DNA of 59,822 nt, counting the filler. It is 4 parts of 4 records of this genome, joined end to end, with 100 filler letters (N's around TTAATTAATTAA, not from the genome) between each part and the next. Parts side by side here need not be neighbours in the genome. Positions count along the whole stretch, not along the records: positions 1 to 13,029 come from SRR22947727_2288; 3 more parts are not named here. One strand, 5' to 3'. The notes under the pieces are model-generated. The model saw only the letters and a list, made by a program, of their open reading frames with translations, had not been told where the DNA came from and made no database searches. Shown piece after piece: positions 1 through 9,140 of this stretch. The position numbers and the translations under genes are program-made. Position 1 is the stretch's first letter, and every line of letters begins with the position of its first letter.

Positions 1-1
1 T

Positions 2-637
2 GAACCTAAAGGTGAATTTAAAGCTAGTGGATATGGTGATTTGAAAGAATCTAAACTAAGAACTGCTATCAGCTCAATCATAAAACAAGAATTAATCGCT
101 GAAAATAAAAAATATCAAAAGACGATTAAAGAAATCGAAAAAGAAGCGAAATTAGCCGAGATAACAACGAAAATGGAAGCTTTGGACAAAGCCATTGAAT
201 CCAAAACTACTCGTTTAACTTCAATAGATGAAAGCGAAGACTTAAAAGAATTGGTTGATAAAAATGCTATCAAAGAACTTAAAAAAGAAGTAAAACTTCT
301 TGAAAAATATAAAGCTAAAGTTCAAAAAATGTATGAGAAACTTAGCAAAACAGATAAAAGCAAAGAAATCATAGATGAAGATAACATTGTTGAAGCAGAA
401 GGTGATGTAGATGATGCTAAAACAACTGCAGATGAACTTGAAAGAGCAGCTGATGCAGCTAAAGAAATAGCTGATATTGAACTTTTTGAAATGGAACCAT
501 CTGAATCTTACTTAGAAGCTAAAAAAGAAGCTGAAGAAAGAGTTGATAATGGAGAAGAAATTGAGGTAGTAGTTAAAGACTTCCCTGATCATGAAGAAAT
601 GTTATTTCAAGATCTAAAGGGTAAATACGAAGGGTAA
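2..637 (+). CDS. Phage prohead core/internal head protein (5'-truncated)
   Basis: Frame is open from the contig start (EPKGEFKASGYGDLKES...). Acidic coiled-coil with many L/I-x-E sites; lies directly upstream of the prohead protease. Confidence 0.55.
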   Translation, partial: EPKGEFKASGYGDLKESKLRTAISSIIKQELIAENKKYQKTIKEIEKEAKLAEITTKMEALDKAIESKTTRLTSIDESEDLKELVDKNAIKELKKEVKLLEKYKAKVQKMYEKLSKTDKSKEIIDEDNIVEAEGDVDDAKTTADELERAADAAKEIADIELFEMEPSESYLEAKKEAEERVDNGEEIEVVVKDFPDHEEMLFQDLKGKYEG

Positions 638-641
638 GATT

Positions 642-1253
642 ATGAGCAAGAAAGTACTAATAGAAGAAAATAAATTCTCAACATCAGGATTTAACCTTAC
701 GGAAGGTAAAACATCTGAAAGAGGGAATCCTATAGTAGAAGGTATTCTTGCAACTGCTGAAGTAAAAAATGGTAATGGTCGTTACTATAAACGTTCACTT
801 TGGGAACGTGAAATAGATAAGTACATGGAATCTGTTAAAGATAAACGCGCTTTAGGAGAACTAGACCACCCAGAATCTTCTATTATTAACCTAAAAAATG
901 TATCTCATAACATTACAGATCTTTGGTGGGATGGGAATAACATAATGGGTAAAATAGAAATTTTATCAACCCCATCTGGAAACATACTTAAAGCATTAAT
1001 TGGTGATGGAATTCAAGTTGGTGTTTCATCTCGTGGTATGGGTTCACTACAAGAAACTGATGGTGTATTAGAAGTACAAGATGATTTTGATTTACTATGT
1101 TGGGATTTTGTATCAACCCCATCTAATCCAGGATCTTGGATGTCACCACTTAGAGAAGGAGTTGATTATTCAAACATCCCTAACCCATATAAAACAACAC
1201 AAAGTATAATTACAGACATACTATGTTCACAAGGTAGTTGCCCAATATTTTAA
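642..1253 (+). CDS. T4 gp21-like prohead protease
   Basis: Motifs KNGNGRYY, ALGELDHP (catalytic His), GVSSRGMGS (catalytic Ser), WDFVSTPS. Confidence 0.92.
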   Translation: MSKKVLIEENKFSTSGFNLTEGKTSERGNPIVEGILATAEVKNGNGRYYKRSLWEREIDKYMESVKDKRALGELDHPESSIINLKNVSHNITDLWWDGNNIMGKIEILSTPSGNILKALIGDGIQVGVSSRGMGSLQETDGVLEVQDDFDLLCWDFVSTPSNPGSWMSPLREGVDYSNIPNPYKTTQSIITDILCSQGSCPIF

Positions 1254-1277
1254 TCTTAAATTAAACATTAAATATAG

Positions 1278-1308
1278 AGAAGCCTGCTTAATTGTAGGCT
1301 TTTTTTTA
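1278..1308 (+). terminator. Intrinsic terminator after protease gene
   Basis: AAGCCTGC-TTAATT-GTAGGCTT hairpin followed by a T-run. Confidence 0.8.
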
Positions 1309-1336
1309 TCCTTTACATTTTGCTATCTCCTTGGTG

Positions 1337-1344
1337 TATGTATA
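1337..1344 (+). promoter_or_regulatory. Putative phage late promoter (TATGTATA variant)
   Basis: One-mismatch variant of the TATTTATA motif seen before other structural genes; lies just after a terminator. Confidence 0.4.
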
Positions 1345-1352
1345 TACTGAAT

Positions 1353-1417
1353 ATGCTATGAGTATCTTATATAGCATGACTATTAATTAATTTCTATTAC
1401 GTTTCTTAATAAACGTA
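1353..1417 (+). ncRNA. Candidate two-hairpin 5' leader of scaffold gene
   Basis: Stems ATGCTAT/ATAGCAT (1353-1377) and TACGTTT-CTTAAT-AAACGTA (1398-1417). Confidence 0.4.
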
Positions 1418-1444
1418 TTTCCCAAACAAAAAAATTTTAGGAAA

Positions 1445-2788
1445 ATGGCTACAAACCGAGATTTGCTTAAAGAAGCAATCGCAGATGCTAAAGCTGTCAA
1501 AGAAATGGCTATTGCAAATGCAAAATCTGCTCTTGAAGAGTCTTTTACTCCACACCTAAAATCTATGCTCGCTGCTAAAATCCAAGAAATGGATGAAATG
1601 GATGAAATGGAAGAAGAGGTAGAAGAAGGTAAAATGGCGATGTATGATGAAGATGATACAGAACCAATGAAGGAGGAAGAAGTTTCTGAAGAGTTGGATC
1701 TTGAAGAAATCCTTGCTGAACTAGAAGAATCTGAGGAAGAAGAAGAAATGGTAAACGAAGTTGAAACTGAAGAAACTGAAGAAGTTGAAGAAGAAGACAT
1801 GGAAGTTGAAATGGAAACTGAAACTGAAGAAGAAGATCTAGATATCGAGGATATGTCTGAAGAAGATCTAAAATCATTCATTGAAGACGTTATTGCTGAT
1901 ATGGTTGAAGCTGGTGAATTAGAAGCTGGTGAATCAACTGAAGAAGTAGAAGTTGAAGATGAAGGTGAAGAAATGGAAATGGATTCTGATGAAGATGAAA
2001 TGGAAATGGATGAAGAAGAGGAAGAAGTGAACATTGATGAACTTCTTGCTGAAATTGATTCTATGGAAGAAGCAGAAGAAATTGAAGAAGCTGGATTTGG
2101 AAAAATGTCAGCAGATTCAGATGAAGGCTTCAGTGACATGGAGGAAAAAGCTCTTGATGAAGTTACAGAATACGAAGAATTAGAAGAAATTTTCGGATTC
2201 GGTAAAAAAGGATCAGGTGGAACTAAGTTCGTTAAAGATTTCATTGAAGCAAATGATGATGCTATTGAAGCAGCAGAAGGTGACGAAGATGAAATGAAGA
2301 AACTTGTTACTAAATTCTACAACGAAAATGTACGTGGAATGGATGGATCAGCTCTTAGAAGCGATATTTCTGTTTTAAGACTTGCATTAGGTATGGGTGA
2401 GTTAGGTGGTAAATCTTCACGTGCTTCTCAACTTGAATCTGATTTATCTGAAGCGATTGAAACTATCGAAACATTGAAATCAGAAATCAATGAAGTTAAT
2501 TTGTTAAATGCTAAATTGCTTTACACAAATAAAATCTTCAAAGGTAAAAACTTGACTGAAAGTCAAAAGGTAAAAGTGCTTAACACTTTTGATAAAGCTA
2601 CAACAGTAAAAGAAGTTAAACTTGTATTTGAAACTCTTAATGAGGGTGTCACAACAAACAAGAAACCAATTTCAGAAAACCTAGGTAGTGCTTCAAAAGC
2701 AATGGGTACAAGTAAAAAACCAATAATTGAAGCTAACGATGCATTCTCACGTATGAGAGAAATTGCATTCTATAGCGCTAAACATTAA
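1445..2788 (+). CDS. Prohead scaffolding/core protein (gp22-like position)
   Basis: Extremely Glu/Asp-rich, C-terminal coiled coil (EINEVNLLNAKLLYTNK), located between protease and capsid genes. Confidence 0.8.
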   Translation: MATNRDLLKEAIADAKAVKEMAIANAKSALEESFTPHLKSMLAAKIQEMDEMDEMEEEVEEGKMAMYDEDDTEPMKEEEVSEELDLEEILAELEESEEEEEMVNEVETEETEEVEEEDMEVEMETETEEEDLDIEDMSEEDLKSFIEDVIADMVEAGELEAGESTEEVEVEDEGEEMEMDSDEDEMEMDEEEEEVNIDELLAEIDSMEEAEEIEEAGFGKMSADSDEGFSDMEEKALDEVTEYEELEEIFGFGKKGSGGTKFVKDFIEANDDAIEAAEGDEDEMKKLVTKFYNENVRGMDGSALRSDISVLRLALGMGELGGKSSRASQLESDLSEAIETIETLKSEINEVNLLNAKLLYTNKIFKGKNLTESQKVKVLNTFDKATTVKEVKLVFETLNEGVTTNKKPISENLGSASKAMGTSKKPIIEANDAFSRMREIAFYSAKH

Positions 2789-2810
2789 TTTTAAAAAACA
2801 AAACACAAAA

Positions 2811-4478
2811 ATGTCAAATTTAAATTCACTTTTAGAAAGTTCTGCTGACGGCTGGAAAAGCATGCAGAACGAAGGAGCTCGTATCGCGAGCAAGTGGGGA
2901 AAAACAGGTTTGTTGGAAGGTCTTAACACTGAGATCGACAAAAACAGCATGGCCTTGATCCTTGAAAACCAAGCTAAACAATTGGTTACTGAAGCATCAA
3001 CCAACGGAACATCCGGAGGTAGCTTCTCAGCTGGAGACGGCGCACAATGGGCAGGAGTTGCTCTTCCATTGGTAAGAAAAGTATTTGGATCTCTTTCAAC
3101 TAAAGAATTCATGTCAGTTCAGCCAATGAACCTTCCTTCAGGTCTAGTTTTCTTCTTGGATTTCCAATATGGAGATACTAAGCAATTGAACTTTGGAGGT
3201 AGCGATACTGTTTATGGAGAAAATGCTTCTCTATACGGTAACACAGAAACAGCAGCAGGCGGTCTTTACGGAGCTGGTCGTTTCGGATACTCAATCAACC
3301 AATTCTCAGCTTCAGTTTCTGATGCTAACCTTACAGTAAGTACAGGATCTTGGGCTGACCTAGATTATTCAGCTGAACTTTCAGCTTCTGCTGCTGCAGG
3401 AGAGTTTACTAAAGTAGCTGTTGCTCTAGCTGCAATGACTAATGCAGATGAAAAAGGAATTAGAGCATTTGCTTTAGCTTCAGGTTCAACAATGGAAACT
3501 GCAACATCTACACGTGCTTTACCTCAGTACACTTCAACTGATGGAACAAGCGTATTCTTCATCTTCACAGGTTCTGTTGCTTCAACAGGTATCCCAATTG
3601 ATAGTGTATCTACAAATGTTGTATTCTACAACGTACAGCCAGTTGATAACAACAGAGGTGATTTCGAAGATGCTGCTGGTGCAGGTCGTCCAAACGCTAA
3701 CTCTACTTCTGCTGATGCACTTGCTATTCCAGAAATCAATGTTAAATTGAAATCAGAAGCAATCGTTGCTAAAACACGTAAACTGAAAGCTCAGTGGACT
3801 CCAGAATTCGCTCAAGATTTGAACGCATACCAATCTTTGGATGCTGAAGCTGAATTGACTTCAATCATGAGTGAGTACATTTCTTTGGAAATCGATTTGG
3901 AAAACCTTGATATGTTGATCCAAGATGCATCTGCTGCAGATGAGTACTGGTCAGCTATTAACAACCGTTCTTTGAATGCTGATCGTACAGGATTTGATGA
4001 TCTAGGTTTCTTCAACGCACAAGGACAGTGGTTCCAAACTTTGGGAACTAAAATGCAAAAGGTATCTAACAAGATTCACCAAAAGACTCTTAGAGGTGGT
4101 GCTAACTTCATCGTAGTATCTCCAACAGTTGCAACTGTCTTAGAATCAATCCCAGGATTTGCTTCTTCATCAGATGGTGATGCTGCTAAAGGATCTTACG
4201 CATTCGGTATCCAAAAATCTGGACAATTGAACAACCGTTACACAGTTTATAAGAATCCTTATATGACTGAAAACGTAGTATTGATGGGTTACAGAGGATC
4301 TCAATTCTTGGAAACAGGTGCTGTATTTGCTCCATACGTTCCATTAATCATGACTCCAATGGTATACGATCCAGAAACATTTACACCACGTAAAGGTCTC
4401 TTGACACGTTACGCTAAGAAAATGATCCGTTCAGAATTCTACGGACGTATCTTCATTAGCGACTTGGCTTCAGTATAA
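2811..4478 (+). CDS. T4 gp23-like major capsid protein
   Basis: Motifs KWGKTGLLEGL, VQPMNLPSGLVFFL, AKTRKLKAQWTPEFAQDL, APYVPL, FTPRKGLLTRYA. True start is probably the ATG at 2811 (MSNLNSLLES). Confidence 0.96.
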   Translation: MSNLNSLLESSADGWKSMQNEGARIASKWGKTGLLEGLNTEIDKNSMALILENQAKQLVTEASTNGTSGGSFSAGDGAQWAGVALPLVRKVFGSLSTKEFMSVQPMNLPSGLVFFLDFQYGDTKQLNFGGSDTVYGENASLYGNTETAAGGLYGAGRFGYSINQFSASVSDANLTVSTGSWADLDYSAELSASAAAGEFTKVAVALAAMTNADEKGIRAFALASGSTMETATSTRALPQYTSTDGTSVFFIFTGSVASTGIPIDSVSTNVVFYNVQPVDNNRGDFEDAAGAGRPNANSTSADALAIPEINVKLKSEAIVAKTRKLKAQWTPEFAQDLNAYQSLDAEAELTSIMSEYISLEIDLENLDMLIQDASAADEYWSAINNRSLNADRTGFDDLGFFNAQGQWFQTLGTKMQKVSNKIHQKTLRGGANFIVVSPTVATVLESIPGFASSSDGDAAKGSYAFGIQKSGQLNNRYTVYKNPYMTENVVLMGYRGSQFLETGAVFAPYVPLIMTPMVYDPETFTPRKGLLTRYAKKMIRSEFYGRIFISDLASV

Positions 4479-4518
4479 GATCAAAATATGTCTTAATAGA
4501 TTATTAAGATTGCTAATA

Positions 4519-4549
4519 GGGGGAGAGTTTAACGACTCTCCCCTTTTTC
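4519..4549 (+). terminator. Intrinsic terminator after capsid gene
   Basis: GGGGAGAGT-TTAACG-ACTCTCCCC hairpin followed by TTTTT. Confidence 0.88.
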
Positions 4550-4553
4550 TATC

Positions 4554-4563
4554 AATATTTATC
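4554..4563 (+). promoter_or_regulatory. Putative phage late promoter (AATATTTATC)
   Basis: TATTTAT core immediately after a terminator, about 15 nt before the phoH ATG. Confidence 0.45.
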
Positions 4564-4578
4564 AACAAAACATGTTAT

Positions 4579-5277
4579 ATGACAGATTACAATCGTTCCG
4601 AAGAGGCACAGAATAAATTTAAAAGAAAAGGTAGACCAAAAAATCCAATTAAGTTTAATCTTACTTTAAATGATGAGCAAAAAGAAGCTAAACATCAAAT
4701 TCTCCATAACACAGTATCAGTTTTAAGAGGTAAAGCAGGCTCTGGTAAATCCTTACTAGCAGCTCAAATTGCACTAGATTTACTATTTATAAAAGAAATC
4801 GAAAAGATTATTATTACTAGACCAACTGTGGTTGCTGGAGAAGACATAGGATTCCTACCAGGTGGAATTGATGATAAATTAGCCCCATTTACTGCTCCAG
4901 TATATGAAAATATGCATCGTCTATATGATAAGACAAAAATCGAAAAGTGTATACTAGATGGTCAAATTGAAATAGTTCCTGTTTCTTTCATGAGAGGTAG
5001 AAACTTCACCAACTGTTTAGTAGTAGTAGATGAATCACAAAACCTAACAGATGTTCAAACTGAATTAATTCTTACTAGAATATGTAAAGGATCTAAAGTA
5101 ATATTCTGTGGTGATAGTGCTCAAATTGATTTAAAATATAAAAAAGACTCTGGGTTTGATTTTATAGTTAAACATATGGTTAATATTCCTAACTTTAACA
5201 CTGTTACATTAGAAAAAAACCATAGACACGAAATTGTTGATCATATATTAGATGTTTATAAATCATTTAGAAACTAA
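4579..5277 (+). CDS. phoH: PhoH-family ATPase (phage-encoded)
   Basis: Walker A GKAGSGKS, ITRP, GFLPG, FMRGRNF, VVDESQN, GDSAQID. Likely start is the ATG at 4579. Confidence 0.92.
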   Translation: MTDYNRSEEAQNKFKRKGRPKNPIKFNLTLNDEQKEAKHQILHNTVSVLRGKAGSGKSLLAAQIALDLLFIKEIEKIIITRPTVVAGEDIGFLPGGIDDKLAPFTAPVYENMHRLYDKTKIEKCILDGQIEIVPVSFMRGRNFTNCLVVVDESQNLTDVQTELILTRICKGSKVIFCGDSAQIDLKYKKDSGFDFIVKHMVNIPNFNTVTLEKNHRHEIVDHILDVYKSFRN

Positions 5278-5280
5278 GTA

Positions 5281-5288
5281 TATTTATA
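5281..5288 (+). promoter_or_regulatory. Putative phage late promoter TATTTATA
   Basis: Recurring intergenic motif (TATTTATAAT), 13 nt before the ATG. Confidence 0.5.
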
Positions 5289-5301
5289 ATAAAATATTAA
5301 T

Positions 5302-5748
5302 ATGGCATCCACACTACCACCTACTTCTTTTAACATTAAAATACGCGAAGAACAAACAGTTCGCAATAGTGTTATAGTAAATGAAGTAAAACATGTTATT
5401 GAAAATGTAACAAACGTTGATCATCGTATTGTTACTTGCCCTAATACTACATCTATTGATTTAATCAAATTAAATGGAACAGATCCTGGAGCAGGTACAT
5501 TCCCATCATCAAGTTTGGAATATGCTAGAATTACAAATCTAGATGACACTTATAGTGTTGCAGTAATAGTTAGTGGATCACAGGGTACTTTTACTCAAGA
5601 ATTAACTCCAACAAACTCAATGTTTGTTTTAAGTTCAAATGTTACATCAAGTAACTTTAATGGTAGCTTTGGAGATAATATTGAAACTATCCAAATATAT
5701 GCTATCAGTGGTAGTGTAGATATTGAATATACACTTGTAAACTCTTAA
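5302..5748 (+). CDS. Hypothetical phage virion protein
   Basis: Beta-rich, S/T/G-rich ORF inside the structural module. Confidence 0.55.
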   Translation: MASTLPPTSFNIKIREEQTVRNSVIVNEVKHVIENVTNVDHRIVTCPNTTSIDLIKLNGTDPGAGTFPSSSLEYARITNLDDTYSVAVIVSGSQGTFTQELTPTNSMFVLSSNVTSSNFNGSFGDNIETIQIYAISGSVDIEYTLVNS

Positions 5749-5752
5749 GAAT

Positions 5753-6910
5753 ATGGCAAATATACCAATTTGGCCTGGATCAAGTTCATTCTCCCCTGGA
5801 GAAACACCATTCGGGTTTTATGATAGTGATACATCCTTCCAAACTGATGCAGATAAATTTGCTTTATTTGCTGCTCGTAGATTGGGTTATCCTATTGTTG
5901 ATGTAGAATTACAAGATTTGAATTTCTACACAGCATTTGAGGAAGTGATTACTACTTATGGTAATGAACTTTTTGCGTATCAAGCATCCCAAAATTTCCT
6001 ATCATTTCAGGGTGCCTCTACAAATATAGAATCTGCTAATAACTCACTTCCACAACCCAATTTAGCAACCATTATTAGATTATCTGATCAATATGGAGTT
6101 GAAGCTGGAGTTGGTGGTAATGTTACATGGCATTCAGGATCTATAGATTTACAACCAGGAGTTCAAAACTATAACTTAGAAGATTTTGCAACTAATCAAG
6201 GAGTTGCGGCTGGAGATTTAGAAATCAAAAGAGTATATTACGAAGGAGCACCTGCTATTACTAGATACTTTGATCCATATGCTGGATCAGGTATGGGAAT
6301 GCAAGGTATGATGGATTCATTTGGCTTTGGGGGTGATTCACCTGCAATTAACTTTGTGATGATGCCTATTAATTTTGATTTGCAGAAACTCCAAGCTATT
6401 GAATTAAATGATCAAGTAAGAAGATCACAATATACTTTTGAATTAGTAAATAACAACCTTAAAATATTCCCAATCCCTGCAGGTAGCATGACTAAAATGT
6501 GGGTTCAATATATTAAAAAGTCTGATCGTAATAATCCTTACGTGGATAATGGAGGTGCTAGCGTTATAACAAATATTTCTCAAGTACCATACAATAATCC
6601 TGTATACTCAGAGATTAATTCAATTGGACGTCAATGGATATTTGAATATTCCTTAGCATTAGTAAAAGAGATTTTAGGATATGTTAGAGGTAAATATAAT
6701 AATTCAATCCCAATCCCTGGAGATGAAACTCAATTAAACGCTCCTGATTTATTAACATCAGCCGATAAAGATAAAAATCTATTAATTGATAGACTTAGAG
6801 CTTATTTTGAAGAGACATCAAGAAAAACTTTATTGGAAAATAGAGCACTTGAATCAGAACAATTACAAAAAGAATTAAATTACGTACCATATACAATTTT
6901 CATAGGATAA
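5753..6910 (+). CDS. Neck/head-tail adaptor (T4 gp13-like)
   Basis: RRLGYPIVDVEL, LGYVRGKY and C-terminal P.TIFIG; synteny with gp14/gp15-like genes. Confidence 0.8.
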   Translation: MANIPIWPGSSSFSPGETPFGFYDSDTSFQTDADKFALFAARRLGYPIVDVELQDLNFYTAFEEVITTYGNELFAYQASQNFLSFQGASTNIESANNSLPQPNLATIIRLSDQYGVEAGVGGNVTWHSGSIDLQPGVQNYNLEDFATNQGVAAGDLEIKRVYYEGAPAITRYFDPYAGSGMGMQGMMDSFGFGGDSPAINFVMMPINFDLQKLQAIELNDQVRRSQYTFELVNNNLKIFPIPAGSMTKMWVQYIKKSDRNNPYVDNGGASVITNISQVPYNNPVYSEINSIGRQWIFEYSLALVKEILGYVRGKYNNSIPIPGDETQLNAPDLLTSADKDKNLLIDRLRAYFEETSRKTLLENRALESEQLQKELNYVPYTIFIG

Positions 6911-6911
6911 T

Positions 6912-7424
6912 ATGGCTTTATACGGGGGATCAAGAGACATATCACTTTTTAGGAATGTTAACAGGGAGCTGTTAGGAAACATTATCACACAACAGTGTGT
7001 TTACTATAAACTTAAATTAAATGAGACTAAAGTAAACATGTATGGTGAAGCAGCAGGATCTAGATACTATTATGAGCCTGTTATATTGAATGCTCTCATT
7101 GAAAGAAACAATCAAGAATACCCAGAAAATGACTTAGTAGGAGTTGACTTCCAATGGGGTATTACTTATAAATTCTTTAGAGATGATTTGGTTGATGCAC
7201 AAGTTGTTCCTGAAGTAGGAGATATTATAATGTACTATGAAGGATACTATGAAGTTCATGCTACAAATGCTAACCAATATTTTGTAGGTAAAAACCCTCT
7301 ATATCCTTATAGTGAAAACCCACTAAACCCAGGATTAGAAGAATTTGGATCTAGCATTTCAATAATATGTGAAACCCATTACGTACCTGCTGATAAAGTA
7401 CAAATAACTAAAGAACGTATATAA
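6912..7424 (+). CDS. Head closure/neck protein (T4 gp14-like)
   Basis: NMYGEA and PEVGDII motifs; position after the gp13-like gene. Confidence 0.7.
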   Translation: MALYGGSRDISLFRNVNRELLGNIITQQCVYYKLKLNETKVNMYGEAAGSRYYYEPVILNALIERNNQEYPENDLVGVDFQWGITYKFFRDDLVDAQVVPEVGDIIMYYEGYYEVHATNANQYFVGKNPLYPYSENPLNPGLEEFGSSISIICETHYVPADKVQITKERI

Positions 7425-8695
7425 TGCCAAATAATAGAAAACCTGTACCAAAGTCTCAAAAAGAGATAATGAATAATCAGATCAACCCATTTGTTGATCC
7501 TGAAACGGGTGAAACACGTGGCAATCCAAACGATCCTCAAAACTTTAACCAATTCAACTCCAACACTCAACGTGGGGTATCACATAATAGATCAGAAGAG
7601 TTATCATCTAAAGGAGATAAATACAAACAATTCTCAGTAAGCATACAAGATGTAGATGAGGCAATTTTATTTTATTTTGAAAATGTTATTAGACCAACAG
7701 TCATTCAAAATGGGGAAAGAATTGCAGTACCATTAGTTTATGGTTCTCCTGAAAGATTTAAGACAATACAGAAAGATGGATTTTATAGAGACAAGAAAGG
7801 GAAAGTAATGTCTCCTATCATTATGTTTAAACGAGATAGTTTAAATAAAAATAGATCTATAACTAATAAGTTAGATGCTAACAACCCACATCTATACACA
7901 TCTTGGCAAAAATCATACAACAATAAAAATTTCTACTCTAATTTTGATTTGTTAAATAATAGAGTTCCTACAAAACAATTTATAGCAAACGTTGTACCTG
8001 ATTATGTTACTTTAGATTATAGCTTTATAGTACAAACATATTATATAGAGCAACTAAATAAAATAGTAGAGGCGATAAACTACGCGTCTGATTCATACTG
8101 GGGTAATCCGGAGCGATTCCAATTCAAAGCAAGTATCGACACCTTCAATACAATAAACGAATTAAACCAAGGTCAAAATAGAGTTGTAAGAAGTAATTTT
8201 ACCCTCAAAATGCATGGCTACATAGTACCAGATATAATTCAAAAAGATTTAAATTCTGTAAAAAAATACAATGGTAAATCAAAAGTAACATTTGGCTTAG
8301 AAACAACCTCAGGATTAGAATATGTTTCTTCTAAAAAACCAAAATCAGTTACTCAATTCTCAACTTCAACTGCAACAGGTGGTAGTGGTGGTGGAGGTGG
8401 AGTTGATCCTGCAATTTTAATTTATTTAAATACTAATATACAAAAAGAAGGAACATATGTTAATTCAACTACTGCAACATTCCCAAGTGGTTGGCTTGCA
8501 GCACCTGGTGGGTTACCAACTACTTCAATAAATAACTTTAGCATATTTATTAATGGGGCTTTAGTTGAGGGGGCAGCAATTACATCCTTTACACAAATTA
8601 ATGATGTAACAACCCTTGTAATAGACTCAACAGAACTAGGATATAGTCTTGATTCAACAGATGAAATAATAGCAATAGGAAAATTCAGTAGCTAA
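7424..8695 (+). CDS. Tail terminator/sheath stabiliser (T4 gp15-like) with C-terminal extension
   Basis: VPLVYGSPERF, PIIMFKR and PDYVTLDY motifs; Gly-rich linker leads to an extra C-terminal domain. Confidence 0.6.
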   Translation: MPNNRKPVPKSQKEIMNNQINPFVDPETGETRGNPNDPQNFNQFNSNTQRGVSHNRSEELSSKGDKYKQFSVSIQDVDEAILFYFENVIRPTVIQNGERIAVPLVYGSPERFKTIQKDGFYRDKKGKVMSPIIMFKRDSLNKNRSITNKLDANNPHLYTSWQKSYNNKNFYSNFDLLNNRVPTKQFIANVVPDYVTLDYSFIVQTYYIEQLNKIVEAINYASDSYWGNPERFQFKASIDTFNTINELNQGQNRVVRSNFTLKMHGYIVPDIIQKDLNSVKKYNGKSKVTFGLETTSGLEYVSSKKPKSVTQFSTSTATGGSGGGGGVDPAILIYLNTNIQKEGTYVNSTTATFPSGWLAAPGGLPTTSINNFSIFINGALVEGAAITSFTQINDVTTLVIDSTELGYSLDSTDEIIAIGKFSS

Positions 8696-8696
8696 A

Positions 8697-9095
8697 ATGG
8701 CAATAATAAAACCTAAACAACTATCATCCGAATTTTACACTATTAGTGGATCATTCTCGGGTTCATTTCACGGAGATGGGTCTGATTTAACTAATGTCCC
8801 TTTAGGTAATAAAATAATAACGGGAAGTATATCTGCTGAAGTTAATATTGATGATATATTTTTAGTTAAATCTGGAAGTACTGAATATTTTAAGATTGAC
8901 AGTTCGGGTTCAACAACAGTGCAAAATAATGCCCCAACACTATTTTTAATTAAGGATTCAAGCAATGTTGAAATGTTAAAAGTAGATAATAATAAAGTAA
9001 TAACTTTAGCAACTCATTCAACATATTTAACATCTTCCGCACCAAATGGTGGAATTTATTTCACTTCTAGTTCATTTTTTGTTGGATTAGATTAA
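8697..9095 (+). CDS. Hypothetical phage virion protein with SGS repeats
   Basis: ISGSFSGSFHGDGSDLT motif; structural gene context. Confidence 0.55.
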   Translation: MAIIKPKQLSSEFYTISGSFSGSFHGDGSDLTNVPLGNKIITGSISAEVNIDDIFLVKSGSTEYFKIDSSGSTTVQNNAPTLFLIKDSSNVEMLKVDNNKVITLATHSTYLTSSAPNGGIYFTSSSFFVGLD

Positions 9096-9102
9096 AATTT
9101 AA

Positions 9103-9110
9103 TATTTATA
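9103..9110 (+). promoter_or_regulatory. Putative phage late promoter TATTTATA
   Basis: AATATTTATAAATA in the intergenic region before 9141. Confidence 0.5.
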
Positions 9111-9140
9111 AATAAAAATAAATAATAAAATAACAATACT

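Noticed and set aside
1387-2244. 285-aa Ser-rich antisense ORF and the other short antisense ORFs in the track
   Set aside because: Shadows of real genes on the opposite strand (GAA-rich codons read as TTC/TCT); no independent motifs.
2763-2810. Upstream extension of the capsid ORF (similarly 4510, 10333, 37838, 44513, 46074 starts)
   Set aside because: Extensions overlap upstream genes or terminators; downstream ATGs fit better.
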